Of a stretch of DNA of 64,000 nt, positions 57,691 to 64,000 are shown one piece after another (positions within the stretch are counted from its first letter, which is position 1; every line of letters starts with the position of its first letter). The DNA is taken from positions 68,423-132,422 of the forward strand of contig JAUWYL010000002.1 in NCBI GenBank assembly GCA_030615855.1, written 5' to 3'. The stretch is from a bacterium (GTDB taxonomy: Bacteria > UBP18 > UBA7526). A program made the translations under genes and the position numbers. Below the pieces are notes generated by a model. The model searched no databases. It was given only the letters and a program-made list of their open reading frames with translations, and was not told the origin of the DNA.

Positions 57691-59268
57691 ATGTTAAATA
57701 TGCGATACAGACTATTACTCCTTCTTACCTTCTTGCTTCTCTTTCCTTTCCCAATCTGGGCTAAGGAGGGAGAGAAGAAGGTCGAATTCATCCCTCGGGC
57801 AGATATGGCCTTAGAGATGGGTCGTTACTTTCATAACTGGCCGGGCTATGCCTGGAGGTTCAAAAGAAGGATCAACATAGATATCTGGAGGTTTGGAAAT
57901 AAATTCCTCTTTATGGAATATGAGGATGAGAATATCCTGGGGAGCAGGTGGGCAAACGAAGACGACCCCCGAAAGATCCGCCATGAGATCGCCTATCTGG
58001 GCCTAAGGCGGGACTGGGAGAAGCATAGCCTCTCTTATTTCTACCGGCACGTCTGCCACAACCGGGTGGATAGGACGACAGGGAAGTTCATGCTCTGGGA
58101 TGTCATTGAGGCCAGGTGGGAGACGAAGGGTATGAGATTGGGATATAAGAACGAGGGGATAGATTTCAATTCCCAAAAAGAATTTGAATTCTTGAATAAA
58201 TTTAATGGCATGGCTGGTTTAGGCCTGGTGACTACCCATGAGCATTGTAGATATTCTGCGGTGGGCGAAGGGGGGATGAGATACGATATCTTAAGATATA
58301 GAAATGGAATTCCCTATCTCCTGACCAAACTCTATGCTACTATTGACCCTCATCTAAGACCCAACCTTACTTTAGAATCTGGAGTCCGGTTTCACCTGAA
58401 ACATTTTGATCTTACTCCCTTTATAGAATACGAGCATCAATATGATGTTGAGAGGCGGGAAGGACCGGTGGGAAACTTTTTATTCACCGGCCTGCGCCTG
58501 GAGACCCATGGTGATGAGTTGGTGCCTACTTTCAAAAGGAATTCTCTCTTCCTTCCCGGGTTAAATGTCGGGGGCTACTATGCTAAGGTCTTGGATAGTG
58601 ACGACTTCGGTTATGATAGTGATCTGGCCTTCAATTTAGATCTCTACCGAAAAGATAGGTTTATCGCTTTCTTAAATACTGGCTTAGTAATCAATACCAC
58701 AACTGAGAATCAGAAGCCTCACTTCATCGGCTATTCCTTAGAGCCAGGTTTGGCAATAGATTTTGATAAAAATGTTTTGGATTTTTTCTTCCGCCACTGG
58801 TCACGGCATAACGGTGATGTCAACGGCAATGTCGTAGATGGGATTACAGAGGGATATAAACTGATAGGAAGTCGATTTCAGAGTCGGGGCATGAAGCTGG
58901 GGTATAGAAATGAGGGAATAGACTTTGATTCCGGAAAGGATTTCGAATTCTTGAAGAAGGTTGACTGGCAGGTCTCGACAGGGGGATATGTCACCACTTC
59001 TAATTATGACTACGATTGGGAGGCAGGGGCCGGAGTAAGGTGGGATATCCTGAGGCATAAGAGAAAGATCCCCTATCTCTCAGCCAACCTCCGCCTCCTC
59101 CAGGGTCCCAATACAGATGGGGATTATACCATGGAGGCCGGAGTGAGGTTCTGCGGCAAGAAAGGGAATGCGACCCTCTTTACCCAGTACCGCTACCGGG
59201 AGAACGCCTCTCGCTTCGGAGGTTACGATGCCAAACAAAAAATACTGGGCCTTGGATTTGATTTTTAG
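57691..59268 (+). CDS. Outer-membrane beta-barrel protein with an internal tandem duplication (hypothetical, possibly a porin)
   Basis: This is the only long plus-strand gene. It has a signal peptide (LLLLLTFLLLFPFPIWA) and a C-terminal GLGFDF with terminal Phe, the OMP sorting signature. Two homologous halves read GMRLGYKNEGIDFNSQKEFEFL...RYDILRYRNGIPYL and GMKLGYRNEGIDFDSGKDFEFL...RWDILRHKRKIPYL. Confidence 0.5.
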   Translation: MLNMRYRLLLLLTFLLLFPFPIWAKEGEKKVEFIPRADMALEMGRYFHNWPGYAWRFKRRINIDIWRFGNKFLFMEYEDENILGSRWANEDDPRKIRHEIAYLGLRRDWEKHSLSYFYRHVCHNRVDRTTGKFMLWDVIEARWETKGMRLGYKNEGIDFNSQKEFEFLNKFNGMAGLGLVTTHEHCRYSAVGEGGMRYDILRYRNGIPYLLTKLYATIDPHLRPNLTLESGVRFHLKHFDLTPFIEYEHQYDVERREGPVGNFLFTGLRLETHGDELVPTFKRNSLFLPGLNVGGYYAKVLDSDDFGYDSDLAFNLDLYRKDRFIAFLNTGLVINTTTENQKPHFIGYSLEPGLAIDFDKNVLDFFFRHWSRHNGDVNGNVVDGITEGYKLIGSRFQSRGMKLGYRNEGIDFDSGKDFEFLKKVDWQVSTGGYVTTSNYDYDWEAGAGVRWDILRHKRKIPYLSANLRLLQGPNTDGDYTMEAGVRFCGKKGNATLFTQYRYRENASRFGGYDAKQKILGLGFDF

Positions 59269-59371
59269 TTACCACTCGTATCTTATGCCAAAAAGTCCAA
59301 AATCATCCGTCTTTCCATCGCATCGATCAATATCGTGCTTGTGCCTTATCTGACAGAAGAAACTCAAAAAG

Positions 59372-59404
59372 AAAAAGGGCAAGAAATTTATCTTGCCCTT
59401 CCTT
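59372..59404 (-). terminator. Rho-independent terminator between the convergent OMP and RND genes
   Basis: The hairpin AAGGGCAAG-aaattta-TCTTGCCCTT is followed, on the minus-strand transcript, by TTTTTCTTTTT. Confidence 0.6.
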
Positions 59405-59587
59405 ATAACTCTTGATAGCCATTATAAAGTTGCTAAATTTATAGCGAAGTTACATCCTTGAAGCATCGGAATTTGAATAAATTACGATGCTGAGGATTAG
59501 GGGGTTTGGGGGAAAGAATCTGCTTTCCCCCAAGGGGTGACAGGGAGGCAAAGCATGTCTTTGCCGACCGCCAGAGGGGCAAAGCCC

Positions 59588-62500
59588 CTATGGAAGTAAC
59601 CCCGAAGGGGTTATCTTGCCATACAGTATCTTCCGCATCCGGCTGGTCACTCGGTAAGAGATGTGATCCACAATACTATAGACCACGGGGATAACGAAGA
59701 GGGTTAAAAAGGTAGAGAATAATAGTCCAAAGGAGACGGCAACCGCTAAAGAGGAGCGCATCTCTGAACCAGTGGTGCGGCTGAAGACCATGGGGAATAT
59801 GGCCAAGATGGTGGTAGAGGAAGTGATGAGTATCGGCCGCAGCCGGGTAGCCGCTCCCTGGATGAGCGCCTGGTGCTTCTCTATCCCCTTTCTCTTAAGT
59901 CGATTGATATAGTCGATCATCACAATAGCATTATTGACCACAATCCCTACCAGCATGATGGTTCCCATAAAGGACTGAACATTCAGGGTCTTACCGAAGG
60001 CCAATAGTCCAAAAACCACCCCGATAAGAGCTAAGGGGATAGTGAACATTATTATAAAGGGCTGGGAAAGGGATTCGAAGAGAGCGGCCATGACCATATA
60101 GACCAAGATGATGCCTATGATGAGGGCGATAGTAAAGGAACGAAAGGTCTCCTGCATATCCTCATACCTCCCCCCATATTCCACAAAGTACCCTGGAGGA
60201 AACTCGATCTTGGATACCTTACTCTTAATATCCCTTATGATCCGACCCAGATCCCGACCATAGCTATTGGCGGTTACTGAGATCTTTCTCTCTTGGTCTT
60301 CCCGGGTAATCCTTAAAGGGCCTTCAGCATACTCTATAGTAGTGATCTGATATAGAGGAACCTGAAAACCAAGAGATGAGGCGATGGCGATGTTCTTTAT
60401 ATCCTCAAGGGAATCGCGCTCCATCTCTCTATACCTCACCCGGATATCATACTCCTCCCCACCGATCCTATACTTGGTGGCCACCTTTCCCAATAGGGCG
60501 GTCTTCACGCTATGGGCCACCTGATCCAAGGTAAGTCCCATGCGGCGCGCCTTTACCCTATCCAACTTTATCTGTAACTCAGGCTTTCCCTTCTTCAGAG
60601 TAACATCGATATCCCGCAACCCCCCAATGTCCTCACACTCTGAAGCAATCCTATCGGCAAAATCCTTCAATCTATCCAGGTCCTTGCCGAATACCTTCAC
60701 CTCTATGGGCCTCTCCCCCCCACCCCCAATGAACATCTCCCTCATATCCATGAACTCAAAGCTCGCTTCCTCAATCCTGGGAAGCCTGCCCCTAATGACC
60801 TCAATGATCTGGTCTGATGAACGCTTTCTCTTCTCCTTCTCCTCTAACCTTATAAAGACCTGGGCTTCATTCACCCCGGCCGCCCCCATGCCCCAGGCCA
60901 CATCATACTTACCGGCCTCAGAGAGCCCTACAAACCCACCCACAAATTTAGCCTCAGGCTCCTTCAGCATACTCTCCTCTATCCCCTTTACTACTCGGTT
61001 GGTCTCCTCTAAGGAGGTTCCCACCGGCATCCTGACCAAGGCCATATGCATGGGCATATCTGCCTTGGGCATAAATTCTGCGCCCAGGAAAGGAATGAGA
61101 GCCAGACTCAGGAGGAATAGGCACAGAGCAGTTATTATTACTACCTTCCGATGAGAGAGGGCCCATCCCAAGGCCCGCTTATAGGCCTCTCTAAATCGCT
61201 CAAACCCCCCTCGGCCAAGACCTTTCTCTTCACCTCTTTTAAATATTACTGAAGCCACCATGGGTACTAAGGTTAGAGCAACGAAGAGAGAGGCAAATAG
61301 CGAGAGGCAGATGGTGAGAGACATGGGTCGCAGTAGCCGGGCGGCCATCCCGGTAGTCAGAGATACCGGCAGGAATACGGCCAGGGTAGTCAGAGTGGAG
61401 GCGGTTATGGCCAGGCCCACCTCAGATGCCCCGATCCTTGCTGAAGCCTTCCTATCCTTCCCCTCCTCTAAGTGGCGGAAGGTATTCTCTATGACCACCA
61501 CCGCATTATCCACCAGCATCCCCACCCCCAAGGCCAATCCCATCAGGGTTATTAGGTTAAAGGTATATCCCACAGCATACATACCGATGAAGGTGGTGAG
61601 CACAGATATGGGGATGGCCAGGGATATGGCAAAGGTCGGTCGCCAGTTCCTTAAGAAGAGGAAGAGGAGGATGATGGCCAGTATCCCTCCCTGGAAGGCA
61701 TTGATCGTAGTGAAGCGCACGATGCTCTTGATTATATGGCCCTGATCCCACAGAGAATAGAACCTTATATCCTTAGGGATCTCCTCTTTTAATCTCTCCA
61801 GTTCTCTCTTTACCCGATTGAGCACCATTACTGTATTGGCCCCGGACTGCTTCATAATCCCCAATAGTACACAGTCCTTGCGGTTTGTTCGGGCATAGTT
61901 TCTTATCTCCTTATGGGTGTCTACCACTTGGGCGATATCCTTGAGATAGATGGGGGTGCCCTGATGGGTAGTGACTACTATATTGCGCATGGTCTCCAAG
62001 TCTTTGAACTCACCCAATGTTCTTACCAAGTATTCGGTATATCCTTTGGTGATATGGCCTCCAGTAACATTCAGGTTCTCCTGGCGCAGGATCTGGATTA
62101 TCTCTTCCAATGCTAAATGGTGGGCTTGGAGTCTCTCTCTATCAATGAGGATATTGATCTCCCTCTCCAAGCCTCCCATGAGCATGCAGGAGGCCACCCC
62201 TTCCAATCTCTCCAGTCTGGGCTTAATATTATCATCCAGATAGTCGCGCAATACCTGGGTATTCTCCATTCCCGTAATTCCATAGTAGAGGACTGGGAAG
62301 TCGGCCATATTGAACTTGACCACTAAGGGATTATCTATCTCTTCGGGCAGAAAGTCACGGGTTAAAGAGACCTTATCCCGCACATCCTGGGCAGCGAAGT
62401 CTAACCTTGTCCCCCACTCAAACTCTACCATTACTGCCGAGATACCTTCCTGAGAGAAGGAGGCCACATTCCTAACATGCTTGACTGTGGAGACTATCTC

Positions 62501-62704
62501 TTCAATGGGCTTGGTAATCAGGGTCTCAATATCCTCTGAGGCTACGCCTTCATAGGTGGTTACTATTGAGACGAAAGGATACTCTAATTCGGGAAAGAGA
62601 TCCAGACCTAATCTGAAGAAAGAGATAATCCCGAAGAGACAGACGATGAGGATGAGCATTAAGACCGTTACCCGACGATTGACAGAGAATTCTGGTAGAT
62701 TCAC
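59588..62704 (-). CDS. RND efflux transporter permease subunit (AcrB/CzcA family)
   Basis: 1038 aa with 12 TM helices and two large periplasmic loops, in the characteristic RND layout. Confidence 0.85.
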   Translation of the reverse strand: MNLPEFSVNRRVTVLMLILIVCLFGIISFFRLGLDLFPELEYPFVSIVTTYEGVASEDIETLITKPIEEIVSTVKHVRNVASFSQEGISAVMVEFEWGTRLDFAAQDVRDKVSLTRDFLPEEIDNPLVVKFNMADFPVLYYGITGMENTQVLRDYLDDNIKPRLERLEGVASCMLMGGLEREINILIDRERLQAHHLALEEIIQILRQENLNVTGGHITKGYTEYLVRTLGEFKDLETMRNIVVTTHQGTPIYLKDIAQVVDTHKEIRNYARTNRKDCVLLGIMKQSGANTVMVLNRVKRELERLKEEIPKDIRFYSLWDQGHIIKSIVRFTTINAFQGGILAIILLFLFLRNWRPTFAISLAIPISVLTTFIGMYAVGYTFNLITLMGLALGVGMLVDNAVVVIENTFRHLEEGKDRKASARIGASEVGLAITASTLTTLAVFLPVSLTTGMAARLLRPMSLTICLSLFASLFVALTLVPMVASVIFKRGEEKGLGRGGFERFREAYKRALGWALSHRKVVIITALCLFLLSLALIPFLGAEFMPKADMPMHMALVRMPVGTSLEETNRVVKGIEESMLKEPEAKFVGGFVGLSEAGKYDVAWGMGAAGVNEAQVFIRLEEKEKRKRSSDQIIEVIRGRLPRIEEASFEFMDMREMFIGGGGERPIEVKVFGKDLDRLKDFADRIASECEDIGGLRDIDVTLKKGKPELQIKLDRVKARRMGLTLDQVAHSVKTALLGKVATKYRIGGEEYDIRVRYREMERDSLEDIKNIAIASSLGFQVPLYQITTIEYAEGPLRITREDQERKISVTANSYGRDLGRIIRDIKSKVSKIEFPPGYFVEYGGRYEDMQETFRSFTIALIIGIILVYMVMAALFESLSQPFIIMFTIPLALIGVVFGLLAFGKTLNVQSFMGTIMLVGIVVNNAIVMIDYINRLKRKGIEKHQALIQGAATRLRPILITSSTTILAIFPMVFSRTTGSEMRSSLAVAVSFGLLFSTFLTLFVIPVVYSIVDHISYRVTSRMRKILYGKITPSGLLP

Positions 62705-62716
62705 CCCGCACCTCCT

Positions 62717-63607
62717 TTAATTCTGAATGATGACCAAGGTATTATCGCTCAGGCCATAATTGCCCTCAATGATTACTATCTCCCCTTCAGCAAGGCCTTT
62801 CACTATCTCTATACTCTCTTCATCGCTTAAGCCCGTCTCCACCCTCTTTAGAAGTGCCCTTGAATCCTGAACCACGAAGACTATTTTCTGCCCATTCTGC
62901 TTCAAGAGCGCCTTATGGGGAAGGAGGAGAGTATCCTTATGGGTCTTGATAATTATCTCCACCCGGGCGAACATACCGGGCTTCAAGAGATGTTTGGGAT
63001 TGGGGATGAGTGTCTCTACCCACGCCTTGCGGGAGATGGGATCAACGATGGGGCTTATCTTCCATGCCTTACCAGTAAATACCTTATCTGGATAGGCATC
63101 TACTCTGACCCGGACCTCTTGTCCTATCTTAATCTTAGGAAGATCCTTTTCTACAACATCGATCTTGACCTTTACCCTATCTATATCCACAATGAGAGCT
63201 ATTGGAGTCTGGGGGGTTACCTTTGTTCCCAAGTCCACATAGACCCGGCCTACGATTCCTGCTAAGGGAGAATCTACTGGTGCTGGTTCAAACTTAAAGC
63301 CCGGCTCATCCCTATCGATAAGGACAATGGTCTGGCCTTTCTTAATCCTATCCCCCTCCACAACATTCTTCTTGATAATCTTCCCGCTCACCCGGGGATA
63401 GACCTCAATCCTTTCTCGGGCCTTGATATCTCCGGTAAGGGAGATAGTCTCTCTGATATCTTTCTTTACTGTCTCCATTACTTTTACCGTTACCCCTTCC
63501 TCAACCGGAACCGTCTCCACTCCCTTTCTAAAAGATAGCATCCTTCCTGCGATGATGAGAACAACTACTAAAACTATTACTCCCAAAATAATTCTTTTCT
63601 TCTTCAT
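62717..63607 (-). CDS. RND efflux periplasmic adaptor subunit (MFP/HlyD family)
   Basis: 296 aa with a signal-anchor followed by biotinyl/lipoyl-like and beta-barrel regions. It lies directly upstream of the RND permease. Confidence 0.8.
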   Translation of the reverse strand: MKKKRIILGVIVLVVVLIIAGRMLSFRKGVETVPVEEGVTVKVMETVKKDIRETISLTGDIKARERIEVYPRVSGKIIKKNVVEGDRIKKGQTIVLIDRDEPGFKFEPAPVDSPLAGIVGRVYVDLGTKVTPQTPIALIVDIDRVKVKIDVVEKDLPKIKIGQEVRVRVDAYPDKVFTGKAWKISPIVDPISRKAWVETLIPNPKHLLKPGMFARVEIIIKTHKDTLLLPHKALLKQNGQKIVFVVQDSRALLKRVETGLSDEESIEIVKGLAEGEIVIIEGNYGLSDNTLVIIQN

Positions 63608-63665
63608 TTTTTCTCCTATTTATCTCTAAAATTATTCGCCCATTCGCGCGAATGGTCTCAATAGC

Positions 63666-64000
63666 TTAGCCCTTCTTCACTTTACGCAGAAAAAAGATAG
63701 CAACACTCACCATAACTAACGAGGCTAAAAGGGGGATATAGACCGGAGCAAACCAGGGACCAGGGATTAAGAATAGACAGTCAATGGTCGCCAAACTCGG
63801 GGGCCAACCGATGAGCACCTTGAGCCAAATGTAATAGAAGATATCCCAGATGGCAAAGACCCATAGAAAGATGGCTAATTTCTCTACCCACTTCCTTCCC
63901 ACCAAGAGAGCGACCATAAGAAGAATAACAATAGTAGATGCTTCTCGCGTCTGCTCTGAGAATAATACTCCATAGGACCTTAAAAAATTACTGAATTCAG
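63666..64000 (-). CDS. Hypothetical membrane protein (partial; the N-terminus lies beyond the window end)
   Basis: The reading frame stays open from 63666 to the window edge. It includes hydrophobic helices (LAIFLWVFAIWDIFYYIWL; IPLLASLVMVSVAIFFL). Confidence 0.35.
   Translation of the reverse strand, partial: EFSNFLRSYGVLFSEQTREASTIVILLMVALLVGRKWVEKLAIFLWVFAIWDIFYYIWLKVLIGWPPSLATIDCLFLIPGPWFAPVYIPLLASLVMVSVAIFFLRKVKKG

Overview
This is a 64 kb window at about 43% GC from a diderm (Gram-negative-type) bacterium. Genes are tightly packed and lie almost entirely on the minus strand.

Positions 1-25,200 form one large cell-surface glycan (O-antigen/EPS/S-layer-glycan-like) biosynthesis cluster. 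It contains an fcl-like gene, several SDR sugar-nucleotide epimerases/dehydratases and a DegT-family sugar aminotransferase. It has GT2 and GT4 glycosyltransferases including two fusions (GT4-GT2 and GT2-methyltransferase), a GT-C-like polytopic membrane protein and a Wzx-like flippase. It also carries a UDP-xylose synthase, rmlABCD, a Gmd/Rmd-like gene and ugd, plus a B12-binding radical SAM gene that is split by a frameshift.

The next block holds lptD, a DeoR-HTH::transaldolase fusion, folC and trpBA. A LeuC/HacA-like dehydratase and a homocitrate/isopropylmalate-synthase-family gene follow, then a class-V aminotransferase, lon, clpP (with no clpX between them) and tig.

A tRNA array comes next: Leu-TAG, Lys-CTT, Arg-TCG, His-GTG, Arg-TCT and Pro-GGG, each with a partial tRNA copy next to it. 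After it lie a SAM methyltransferase, rdgB, rph, class-I fumarate-hydratase alpha/beta subunits, murI, a GerMN protein, an AmiC-type amidase, tmRNA (ssrA) next to smpB, and tRNA-Leu-CAG. The window ends with a two-component pair, uvrA, an AmmeMemoRadiSam radical SAM enzyme, a CdsA-like membrane protein, a plus-strand internally duplicated outer-membrane beta-barrel, and an RND efflux pump with its adaptor.

No transposase, integrase, CRISPR array or recognisable defence cassette is visible. The unusual content is a dense layer of short tandem repeats, mostly 7-nt units in 2-9 copies. They sit in nearly every intergenic spacer and also in-frame inside rmlD, folC, the GT-C-like protein and the B12-radical SAM gene. 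Alongside these are phased GTTACT/AGTAAC arrays, a two-copy 110-bp palindromic element, a multi-module dispersed repeat family and a 30-bp hairpin motif found twice.
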